A stretch of DNA of 58,766 nucleotides, the filler included, from Fonticula-like sp. SCN 57-25 (lineage: Eukaryota): NCBI GenBank assembly GCA_001724245.1. It is 2 parts of 2 records of this genome, joined end to end, with 100 filler letters (N's around TTAATTAATTAA, not from the genome) between each part and the next. Parts side by side here need not be neighbours in the genome. Positions count along the whole stretch, not along the records: positions 1 to 29,750 come from MEDX01000050.1; positions 29,851 to 58,766 come from MEDX01000051.1. One strand, 5' to 3'. The first letter of the stretch is position 1, and every line of letters starts with the position of its first letter. Below, one piece after another: positions 25,892 through 38,446 of the stretch. The notes beneath the pieces are model-generated. The model saw nothing but the letters and a program-made list of their open reading frames with translations. It made no database searches and had not been told where the DNA came from. Position numbers and translations under genes: made by a program.

Positions 25892-28800
25892 ATGCGGTTC
25901 CTGGGCGTGGCGGTGCTGGTGCTGGCCCTAGGCCTCGCCGCACACGTCGACGCTGTGGACAGGGTTCGTCAGCTTACTTCTTTTTTCCTTTATTTTTGTG
26001 CTCACATTTTCGCCTTTTCTTTCCCTTTTTTCCCTTTCCCTTTCCCCAGAAAAACTTCAAGACGTGCGATCAGAGCGGCTTTTGCCGCCGCAACCGCCGC
26101 CTTGCCGACAACCCGCCGGCGGCGTACCACCTTGTCCCCGACACTGTCAACGTTCAACTCGAAGACGCCGCTGTGAATGCGCAGCTCGTCAACCCCGCCA
26201 CCAAGGTCCTTTACAACCTCGAAGTCTTTGTCGCCGATGGCACTGCGCGCGTCGTCATTGACGAGGCGTCGCCCATTCGCCCTCGCTACCGCGTGCAGGA
26301 CGTCATTGTCGGCACCTGGACACCCGCCACTGCCACCATCGACACTGTGGACGACAAGACGACCATTTCCTTTGGCAGCGACGCCGAGCTCAAGGTCGTC
26401 CTCACGCATGCGCCCTTCCGCATCGACTTTTTCCGCAAGGACGACCTCGTCATGTCGCTCAACTCGCGCGGCCTCTTCAACATGGAACACCAGCGCATCA
26501 AAGTACGTCATTTTTTAGGGAAATTTGCAGTCCTTTTCTGACCCTTTTTTGTGCCTTTTTTCACAGAATGCCGCTGGCGATGCCGTTCAGCAGCAAGAAG
26601 AAGCCGATGGCATGTGGGCCGAGACCTTTAAATCGCACGAGGACAAGAAGCCCTTTGGCCCCGCCGCGATCAGCCTCGACATTTCCTTTGCCGATTTCCA
26701 GCATGTCTACGGCATCCCCGAGCACGCCACCTCCCTCGCCTTAAAGTCCACGAAAGGATCCGAGCCGTACCGCCTGTACAACCTCGACGTCTTTGAATAC
26801 GAGCTCGACAACCCGATGGCCCTCTACGGCAGCATCCCCTTTATGACGGCCCACTCTGCCAAGCACACTGTCGGCGTATTCTGGCTCAACGCGGCCGAAA
26901 TGTTTGTCGACGTGGACGTGATCGCCGGCTCGTCCGGCTTCATGGGCATTGGCAGCTCTTCTGAGCGTGTCGACACGCACTGGATTGCCGAGACTGGCAT
27001 TGTCGATGCGTACTTTTTCTTTGGCCCGACACCGCAAAAAGTAATCCAGCAGTACACTGCACTGACTGGCACGACAGCGCTGCCGCAGTCATTTGCGATT
27101 GCGTATCATCAGTGCAGATGGAATTATAATGATGAGGCTGATGTTGCTGCGGTTGATGCCGGCTTTGATGAGCATGATATTCCGTATGATGTGCTGTGGT
27201 TGGATATTGAGCATACGGAGGAGAAAAAGTATTTTACGTGGGATAAGATAAAGTTTCCGAATCCGGTTGCTATGCAGGAGGCAATCGCCGCAAAGCATCG
27301 CAAGGTAAGTGGAAGGAAATTGGATATGAAATTGGAAAGATAATGCTAACAAATGATGTTTTTTGTTGTTTATTTACTGTTTGTGTGTTTCTTTTGTGCT
27401 TTTTTATGATTGTTATAATGATTGTTATTATGATTGTTTTTGTTGCTTTTTTGTACTTTTTCCTACTTTTCCCTACTTTTTACTCTTCTTTCTTCTATCT
27501 GCCTTCTGCCCTCTTCTGCAGATGGTGACGATTGTGGACCCGCACATTAAGCGCGTGTCGTCGTATCACGTGCATGACCAGGCCGAGTCGTGGGGTTACT
27601 TTGTCAAGGATGCCGACAAGAAGGACTTTGAGGGATGGTGTTGGCCTGGTACGACTTAATGCGAAGGGTTTATTGTGGTTTGTAAGGGTTATTTGGTAGG
27701 GTTAGTGCACTTAGGGTTAGGTGTTAGGGTTATTTGTTATGGTACATGGTTCATTGTTAGGGTTTCATGTTCATTGTTATGGTACATGGTACTTTTGTAT
27801 GGTACATGGTACATGGTTATGATACATTGTCATGGTCCAACATCATGGTACATGGTACTTTGTTACGATATACTGTTGTGGCACATGGTACATGGTACAT
27901 TGTTATGGCACATAGTACTTTGATATGGTTATTTGTTATGGTTCATTGTACAGTGTTATGGTTCATTGTACTTTGTCATGGTACATGGTTCATTGTTATG
28001 GTCCTATATTATGGTGCATGGTTCATTGTTATGGCCCTATAGTTTGTTTTATGGTGCATTATAATGGTACATTGTCATAGTACATGGTTCATTGTCATGG
28101 TACATTGTCCATTGTTATGATACTTTCTCATGTTACTTGTCCTATAAATTACACCTTTTCTCCTTCTTCTCTCTTCCCCTACTAACCCTCCCTCCCTCTT
28201 CTTCTCTCTAGGCTCCTCCAGCTGGATTGACTACTTCAACCCCGACGCCTCCAAATGGTGGTCCCACAAATTCCTCACCACCGACTACCTCTTCTCCACC
28301 CCCACTCTCTTCACCTGGAACGACATGAACGAACCTTCTGTCTTTAACGGCCCAGAAGTCACAATGCCCAAACATAACCTTCACTATAACAATGCTCATA
28401 ATGGTCATAATGATGGTCATAATGATGGCCATAATGGTCATAATGATGCTGTTGATCATAATGGTCATCTTGATTATGTTGAGCATAGGGAAGTGCATAA
28501 TATGTATGGCATGATGCAGCACAAGGCCACGTTTGAAGGTCACGTGCTCAGGGATGAAGCGCGTCCATTTGTGCTTTCCCGCGCATTCTTTGCCGGCTCA
28601 CAGCGCTACGGGCCAGTATGGACAGGTGACAATACGGCCACGTGGGCACATTTGAAGGCATCAGTGCCCATGTTGTTGTCTTTGGGTGTTGCTGGTCAGA
28701 CGTTTAGTGGCGCTGATGTTGGCGGCTTTTTCGGCAATCCCGATGGTGAATTGCTGACACGTTGGTATCAAATGGCGGCGTTTCAGCCTTTCTTTAGGGG

Positions 28801-29750
28801 TCATAGTCATATTGAGACGCGGAGGAGGGAGCCGTGGAGTAAGGGAGAGCCGTGGACGAGTGCGATTAGGGGGGCGATTAGGGCGAGGTATCAGTTGTTG
28901 CCGTATTGGTATACGCTGTTTCATGATGCGTACTTGACGGGGGCGCCCACAATGCGGTACGTAGTAGGGGAAGGAAGTTTAATATGGGGTTATTTGGGGG
29001 TAGAAGGGTGTAATTTGAGAGTAATTTGAGGGTAATTTATGGGTAATTTGAGAGTAATTTGTGCTCATTTTGTGTTCATTTTGTGTTCATTTTGTGTTCA
29101 TTTCAAATTCATATTGGGTTCATGTCAAATTCAATTTGGGTCCATGTCAAATTCAATTTGGGTATTTTTGAGCCCAATTTGAATTCGTTTTCAATTCAAT
29201 TTGGGTCATTCGTGTGTCTTTGTTGTGTCTACATTGCGTCCATTTTGTGTTGTTTTTTCTCTCTTTTTCTCTCTTTTTCTTCTCTTTTTCCACTCTTACC
29301 TCCCCTTTTCCACTTTCCACTCACCCTCGTTCCTTCCCTTCCTCCTCCCCCCCAGCCCGATGTGGTACGAGTTCCCCTCTGACCCCCACACCTTTTCCCT
29401 CGACGACCAATTCATGGTCGGCCCCTCCATCCTCGTCAAGCCCGTCACCGACCCCTCCTTGTCCTCCCTCGACGTCTACCTCCCCTCTGGCTCCTCCTGG
29501 TACGGCCCCTCTTCCTTTACCCGCATTCCCGGCGGCCAAACCATCACTGTCAATGTCACCCTCGACGCCATCCCGACCTTCTTCCGCGCCGGGTCAATTA
29601 TCGTCAGGCGCGATCGCGTTCGCCGATCGTCGTCGATCATGCAAAAAGACCCGTACACTTTGATGGTATTTTTGGATGAAAAGTATAGTGCACGCGGGGA
29701 GTTGTACTATGATGATGGGGCGACGTATGGGTATAGGGAGGGGGGGGGGG
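25892..29750 (+). CDS. GANAB: Glucosidase II alpha subunit (GH31), truncated by the gap
   Basis: Signal peptide, NFKTCDQSGFCRRNR, YRLYNLDVFEY, YHQCRWNY, WLDIEHT, catalytic WNDMNEPSVF, WTGDN, GADVGGFFGNP. Confidence 0.97.
27735..28120. repeat. Degenerate minisatellite (GGTACAT / GGTTCATTGTTAT units) in GANAB intron 27649-28211
   Basis: Repeated ATGGTACATGG and GGTTCATTGT units. Confidence 0.85.
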
Positions 29751-29850
29751 NNNNNNNNNNNNNNNNNNNNNNNNNNNNNNNNNNNNNNNNNNNNTTAATT
29801 AATTAANNNNNNNNNNNNNNNNNNNNNNNNNNNNNNNNNNNNNNNNNNNN
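29751..29850. other. Artificial contig spacer N44-TTAATTAATTAA-N44
   Basis: Symmetric N runs around a six-frame stop linker; genes on both sides are truncated. Confidence 0.97.
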
Positions 29851-31485
29851 GCGCTGAACGCGGCGTCGACGCGGCGGCCAAACCCAGCCGCGCCCTCGTG
29901 CTGCCACGAAAGAAACAGCTTGACAATGTCGGGGCGGCGGCCGCACTGAAAGGTCTTGTCGCCGAGGTCGTACGGGCTGTCGCCATGGAAGAGATATTCA
30001 GCGCCGCAGGCTGCGAGTCCGGGGCAGACAGAAAAAGAGTGAGCGGCATAAAGTGTGACGGGCAGATTGAGAGAGATAAAATGTGCAGTAGATAGAGGTA
30101 TAGAGAACAGTACAGTACGCAGTAGAATATTCAGTAAAATGTGCAATTTGCAGTGTAGTTTGCAATATAAGTGCGTACACATGGCGCCGTGGAGTGAACC
30201 TCGCTCGCGCACGAGCAGCAGCGACGTCTGAATAGGAACACCAAGCATTTTGTGCGCGTTCCACGCAATCGAGTCGGTCTATCACAGCATTAGCGACCTC
30301 ACTGCTGCTCACCCGCGCACCAATCCCGAGCCGTCCATGAGGTGTCGGTGCGCGTCGGAAAAGACGACCGAGCCGCCCCAGCAAGCGTCCGTGTGCAGCC
30401 AGCAGTCGTTCGCGCGCGCCACCGCCGACAATGCCGCCAGGTGGTCGTACGCGCCAAACACGGTCGTCCCGGATGTCGCGCATATAATAAACGGCGTCTG
30501 GCCGGCCGCGCGGCACTTTTCGAGCGTCGTCGCTGTGAAATGATTGGTCAGCGCACGTCGGGAGAAAAGGGTGGCGTGCCAAGGGCGTCGGGCAGCATAC
30601 GGCCGGCCGCGTCGCAGGGGACGCCAATGACACTCGCGGTGCCCAGGCCCATCAGGTTCGCCGCCTTGGACAGCGAGTAGTGCGACGTTGTCGACGTGAG
30701 CGCCACCATGCGCTCGGTGCCGCGCATTCCATGCTGAGCGGGGGTTAGGTAAGATGAAAAAAGTCAGGGGCGGACCTCTTTGATGTAGGGGAATTTGCGG
30801 TGGCGAGCGGCGACCAGCGCAAGAATATTTGAAGAGGAGCCGCCGGGGCACGTAACGCCGTCGGCGTCGGCGTAGCCAAAGAGCTGGCCGACGCGGCGGA
30901 TCGTCTCGATCTCGATGCTGCATGCGCGGTAAGCAAATCATATGATACTGATAGATCAGTGTAGTACAGAGTAAAGACGGGAGCTACTTGGTAGACGTGC
31001 ATGTTGGTGTTGAGCACGGCGGTGAGCAGCTCGCTCACCATTCCTGCACAGGGCGTAAGCGAGGTTGGGGGTGCGGCAGAAACAAGCGTACCGATAGGCT
31101 CGGCGCCGACGTAGAGCTTGTCCATGAAGCGAGGATGGCCCGTTCGTACGCTATACCGCAGCATTTGCTTTATCAAAACCATTAGAGCTATGCATTCACA
31201 TTAGAGGCAGTTAGGAAAAAAGAAGGCCCAGTGTACCGTCGCGCCCTTTTCCTTCAGCAGGGAGATCGAGATCGAGGCGGCTCCTCAGCTCATCTGGCGG
31301 CATCGACTCGCAGATGCGTCGGTCTGGCTCGTCATTCTCGTTCAAGTCTATCAACAAATAAATATTAGCTTCGCATTCACAGTCAAGTAAACAACAGCTC
31401 CAAGCGCACATTGGGCTAGCAGCGGCGAAAGCGCCTCGAGCAGCGACGCTAGCTCTTCACCTCGACTTGGTTCGTTTCCCGCCAT
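29851..31485 (-). CDS. Group II PLP-dependent acidic amino acid decarboxylase (GAD/CSAD/GADL1-like), 3' truncated
   Basis: YSVRTGHPRFMDKLY, NTNMHVYQVAPVFT, PGGSSSN, HYS..KAA, ATSGTTVFGAYD, WLHTDACWGG, DSIAWNAHKMLG (PLP lysine), GDKTFQCGRRPD. Confidence 0.92.
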
Positions 31486-31596
31486 ATTACTGGAGGGGCA
31501 GCCGACTGCTTGTGTGATCTTTGTCGACGTCGCTACGTCAACCCTCACAGCTTGCTCGGCGCGAATACTGCGTGCCATAGACGTGTGAGGCGATAC

Positions 31597-32496
31597 ATGG
31601 ACGCGGCGCAGCAGCGGCTCACTCCCTTGGGGGACCTGCGGCCAAACATGAAGAGCGTCGCATGCCAGTTCATCGTCCTCGACAAGTGTACGCTACCTCG
31701 ACCCTGCAGAAATGTTGCTGTGCGTGCTTGTGCTGATCCACCGTGCCCTTTACAGCTCCGCAGTCGACAAAGACACGAGACGGTAACACTATTCACCAGC
31801 TTGTTGTGGCGGACTCGACGGCGGCGATCACGTTATCTCTCTGGGATGATCTCGGCGAGCTGGTAGAGTCGGGCGACATTCTTCGCCTAACCAACGGGTG
31901 CGCCATCGCCATGCTCCCCGCCGGTCGCTTACCATTGTTGAAGCTGGGCCTCGCTGCACAAGGGCGCTCTCCATCTCTATGCGGGCAACAAGGGAAAGGT
32001 TCGCCGGATTGGACAGTGCGCCGCTTTGCTCCTTGCCGCGCTTGAGCACTGTACTCTAACACGGCCGGTCTCAGGTACAATATGCTTTTCGTCGAGTCGC
32101 CCAATATGAGCCACTATCAATGGCAGCCGGACCCTAATAACCCCGACACGCCGGTGCGCCGCTCAGATCCTTTTATGTGATGCGTCGTCTCACACCATTG
32201 CTCGTGCAGATGATCGTGCCGCCGCCAAGTGGACCCGGAAGGTAGGCCTTTTCCCCTCTTTCTCTATTCAAACACTCTGTTGGACGCTGCTATTCATGTA
32301 CTAACTGTCCTTTTTCCCTATTTTTAGGCAGGGCGCACCAGGACAGCCGACCCCACCTATTGGTGGGCCGCCGATCGGGCAGCGCGCGGCCCCGCACGGC
32401 GGCGCCAGGCAGCCTCCTTCGTCCTTTGCCGGGCAGCCAGGAGGGCCGCCGCAGCGGCCGCCGCCGCGAAAGAGAAAGGCCGCCGAGGGGCCATGA
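31597..32496 (+). CDS. SOSS complex subunit B (NABP/hSSB1-like OB-fold ssDNA-binding protein)
   Basis: DLRPNMK....FIVLD, TKTRDGN.I....VADSTAAI.LSLWD..G..V.SGDILRLT.G, IGQYNMLFVE.PNMS, Pro/Gly-rich tail. Confidence 0.88.
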
Positions 32497-32784
32497 CCCA
32501 AAGTGGACCCCATTTGTAACACTACTGATCAATTTGTACTCTTTGAATGAACCGCGAAATCGCACGACTGCGTCGCGACACACCCGTGCAGATATGTCAA
32601 GAGGAAACCGCACACGTAACAGCATAACATTTTATATTGTCCTGTTGTCGCACACGCGTGGCTCGGCCCCGTCAGCCGCATCACCCAAGGGCATCCGGAT
32701 CAGACGGCGGCAAAAGAAACGAGTGCTAAACAAAAACATACACACACAAAAATAAAGAAAAATAGAATTCCTTAATCAGCTTTC

Positions 32785-33225
32785 TTAATACTTTGCGTTG
32801 GCGGCCTCCAGGCGGAGCTTGGCCTCGCGCTCGGCCCACGAACGAGCACTGAATCACGCGCATGTTAGCGTAAAAGCAACAACAAGAGCGGCATCAGCAA
32901 GTCGTCGTACCGAGTATCAGGCTTGAAATAAAGGGCGATGCCCGAAAGGATCATCGTGCCGTACATTCCAATGAACCAGGGGAGCTCCCAGCCCTCGCGG
33001 GTGCGCACCTCTCCAGGCTGCAGAAAGCGAGGAAGAAGGGAAGAAAAGGATTGGTTAGGTCACAAAAACGGCAAGTGATTCGAAACGTACCACACGCTGG
33101 AAAAGGTACCCCGACGGCTCGTAAGAGTGGTGGTCACCGTGGTGGCCGTGACCGTGGCTGTCGGCGGCACCGCGGGCACTCCGCGGGCGGAAGAGCGGCA
33201 CTCGCCGCATCACGCGCTGGAACAT
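32785..33225 (-). CDS. NDUFB11: Complex I subunit ESSS/NDUFB11, 3 exons
   Basis: Mitochondrial presequence, EPSGYLF, PG..R.REGWE.PW, TM, KPDTS..SWA.REA..RL. Confidence 0.85.
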
Positions 33226-33480
33226 GTCGGCACAAGGGCAAGGACGTTTGATTTCTGATTTTCTGATTTCGTCTGATTTCTTCTGATTGCGGATTTTCTG
33301 GCTCAAAAGTGGTCATTGCGCGGTGCATTGTAAAGAACGCACGTTTACAGCATAGCGGAAAGTGACAGAAAATAGAGACCAAGCATAGAGTGATAGTGAA
33401 AGCAAAAAATTCCAAAGAAAGCAGAGCAATAGATGAACAATGTAAGAGTGAAAAGGGAGAAATGTGCCGCGAAACGCGTC

Positions 33481-35005
<1,525 letters not shown>

Positions 35006-35567
35006 CGTGTGCGCGCGCGAAAAGCAACCGACTAAGTTTGCAGTTTGCACCTTCCAAGGGTGATTGCGACTTGAATCTTTGCGAGGATGATCCCCGCAGT
35101 GAGGTGGTACTATTTTCCCAGAATGACTCTTAAGAAACCAGGCACATAACTGGTTCGTCCTCTGTTCTCATTCAATGGCATTGCTTTGTGTGTTTGGTTT
35201 GCAAGCGCGCGCCCGATGCTCCCATCTGGGACTAGATGAGTGGCAAGCGAAGTGCCCTTTGTAAACGCAATGCGTTTGACATGGACTGAAGTGCAGAAGA
35301 TGTCACATTCTCTGCGTGTCCGCAGTCTGTGATTTCGTAGAGTAAAATTTTGGTGTCATATCACACAAGAACAGGCGCTGAAGCGTGAACATGAGGTGAG
35401 ATTCAGAATGTGATCCGCCTCTCTGCACAGCAAATAGTACTAAATTATTCGCATGCCCTCTACCTATGCTGTCGAGGAGAGCAAACATGCCCCGCCCTCT
35501 CGGTAAATATTGCCGTCACAAAGGGAACAAAAATAAACGTGAAGATAGCTCTCCATTCTTTACAAGT

Positions 35568-36306
35568 TTACTCCTTCACAATGTTGCCGCGCTCCGAAAC
35601 GTAGATACCGTCGAGGAACTTACGGATATCCTTGTTCTTCACAAGCACGCTCTGCTGCACGTTGGCGGCTGGAAGAGATAGGCATTAGTAAAATCCAACA
35701 CGCGAGGACGTCTCATTCGTACCCGACTGCGAGACACGCTCGATGTCGTTGCCGGTGATGATGAGCTCATCCTTGACGGCCTCGCTGATCTTGGCAGTGA
35801 CACCGTCAAGCATGGTTACCGAGCGGATGATGCGCTCACCGAGGAAGTTACGGATCTCAACAGTGGTCTCCTTGTCGACGAGCACGTTGATGGGGAAGTG
35901 AGCATACACAAAGCGCATCTTGTACTCGAAACCCTGCGATCACGAAAATATGAGCGTCGGAGCCCCAAAAACAATGGCCAGCATATGCGACCAAGGCGTA
36001 CCTTGGTAACACCGATGATGAGGTTGTTAATGTGGGTGAGGATGGTGCGGACCGAGGCAACCTGCTTGTGGGCGCCGAACCACTTGCCAACAGTGATGGT
36101 GCGGGTCTTGGCATTGTGCTGGAGCTCAAGGTTGAGGGCATCAAAGTTGCGCGTAAGGGTGCCGCGGGGACCCTTAAAAGTGACCGTGCGGCCCTTCACC
36201 TCCGCGGTGACTAAATCAAAGTTAGCATGGATGTTCCACGATGCACGGTGTCAAACGCACCATTCTCCGGGTAGGTGGTGGTCTGAACCGACGAAATCTG
36301 GCGCAT
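35568..36306 (-). CDS. RPL9: 60S ribosomal protein L9 (uL6); 5'UTR intron ~36315-36552
   Basis: [61 protein letters not shown]. Confidence 0.97.
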
Positions 36307-36668
36307 GGTGGATGCTGCAAAGCGAAAGACGCGTCAGTCAACGTGCCACGGATGCGGATGGCAGAGTAAGACACGCTAGTGACCTGTGCACGGATGGATG
36401 GATGCGTGTTGGTTCCAACCACTCATCCACCATCCGCAGGCCCCACAACCACAATCCAGCCGACCCACGGCCTGCAGAGCACAACCATCCGCAGGCCGAG
36501 GCATCCGCAGTCTCCCGGCCACCCCACCACCACTGTCAAGGCTCCAACGTACCTGCTCACGGATGAGCACCTGCGCGTCTCGAAGGGAGATAGAAAGAGG
36601 GTGTTCGCGCAGTTTGGATGCGCGACAGTGAACACATCGAATCGCGATCCACCAATCCGGATTTTAAA

Positions 36669-36676
36669 TCACGTGA
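36669..36676. promoter_or_regulatory. E-box TCACGTGA in the RPL9/SPO11 divergent promoter
   Basis: Exact 8-mer, shared with the RPS14 promoter. Confidence 0.5.
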
Positions 36677-36753
36677 TCCGATGTTGATGATTCGGTTTGG
36701 CGGGAAAGCAGTGTCGAGGACGATGCGCGAGAGCCCGTCATCCCGCCTTCGCC

Positions 36754-38281
36754 ATGGGGACGGATCTGATTCACTCGACGTCTTCCGTTGGTATTATACA
36801 TACATCTGACAACGATGTCAGGGACTTTGTGCGGTCCTCTTCTGCATCTGTGCTTCATTCCGGCTCCGTGTTCCATTCAGGCTCCGCGCACGGCATCTTT
36901 TCGTCAGGTTCGTCCCGGCTGGCGAGCGATCCAGTGAGCGATGGTCGGATCGGCGAGGAGACTGATACAGAAGACGGATCAGAAACGGAGAGCGAATGCG
37001 GCGCTGATTCCGCCGAGCACGAGGAGGACTTTCCAATGCACGTTGACGAGCCTGATCTGGAGGAGCGTGATCAGGTCGAGGAGGATCCTGCCATTCAGCG
37101 GTGCGGTGGCACAATTGGCGTTTTGCTGCATGATATCTAATACTGCATACAGGACAAATGAACTGATGGCTAGTCTTGGTGAGTTGCTTGAAAGCTCGCT
37201 CACTGACTCTGTGCGACCGACGCCGGCGCGTGTACTGTCGTGGAATCGCCTCCTGGAACTCGTTGTCGAGCTAAAGCGACAAGGGACGGTCATCACTAAA
37301 CGGTACGCGGTCATTTAATGCAGCAGTTTGAGCTTAATGACATAATTATGCATAGCGATTTGTTTTACATGGACCCGGCTCTTTTTGTCAGCCAGTCGTT
37401 CGTCGACAAAGCGGTCGTTCGCCTGGCCAACGCCTATGGCGTGACTCGCGATTCGCTAAACGTGGTTTGTGCAACGCACTTTTTTAACACCAAAGCTTAC
37501 TATTTGTGTTACAGGTTGCTTCTGCTCGTGGATTTGCCGTCGGCTGCGTCAAAGTGCTCGAAGGCGGCGCGCTCGTCACCAACTATGGCGTGCCTACCAC
37601 CACCGGGCACCTCATTTCGCCGCGCTTGCAATTCGAGTCTGTTCAAGTGGAATCAGAGGCGGCTTTTGTGCTCGTGGTGGAGAAGGACGCTGTGTTTTCA
37701 AGGATTCTGTCAGAGGGCGACTTGGCCGCCCTCCCGCCATGCGTCGTGGTGACTGTACGATCGCCGGCGCTCCCCGCCTTGACTAACAATATGCCCAGGG
37801 GAGAGGCTACCCCGACCTCGCCACTCGTCGCTTTGTAAAACTTATCGCGCAAGCCTATCCGAAATGCCCAATTTTCTTTTTGTCAGACTATGACCCCCAC
37901 GGCCTCGCCATCTGTGCGCAGTACTGGCTGAACCGTGCAACCACAATCGCAGATCGCAGTGACCCTCTCCCGCTCGCCAGCTACATCGGCCCTTCCATGC
38001 GCGACTGTACAGAGTACGACACCTTTTCTTCCCACCTATCGTTCTGTTGCGCTCACGAGCCCACCCTCAGCCCGCTCGTTGCCCCAGCCTTTCTTCCGCT
38101 GACCGCGGCTGATCGCCGTCGAGCCATGCTCCTTCTACAAGATCCGTATCTCCCGGCCCCTCTCCGTCGCGAGCTTCAGCACATGCTACATTCATCCGTA
38201 AAGGCGGAGACAGAGGCGCTGTACGCGCGCCCAAATTACTTGTACCAGGCCGTTATGCAAGCACTGGCCGTGCATCAATAG
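36754..38281 (+). CDS. SPO11: Spo11/TopoVI-A meiotic transesterase, multi-exon
   Basis: TKR|DLFY (catalytic Tyr), VLVVEKDAVF, GRGYPDLATRRF, SDYDPHG, KAETEAL. Confidence 0.9.
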
Positions 38282-38446
38282 CAGATCAATAGACAACAGA
38301 CGTTGGGGAGCGGAAGATGTCGGCTGATGACGTAGGTGGGTTTTGACCAATCAGCGGCGGACTTGGCGGCCACGTCACCTCACGTGTGTTTTTTCTCACT
38401 CCCAACAAATTCTGGGCACCAGGCCACCTGGTGCGAGGTAGCAGCC

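Noticed and set aside
29795-29806. TTAATTAATTAA palindrome
   Set aside because: Synthetic six-frame stop linker between N runs; adjacency across it is not biological.
35230-35295. Possible C/D snoRNA between WDR5 and RPL9
   Set aside because: Only a weak C box and no recognisable rRNA guide.
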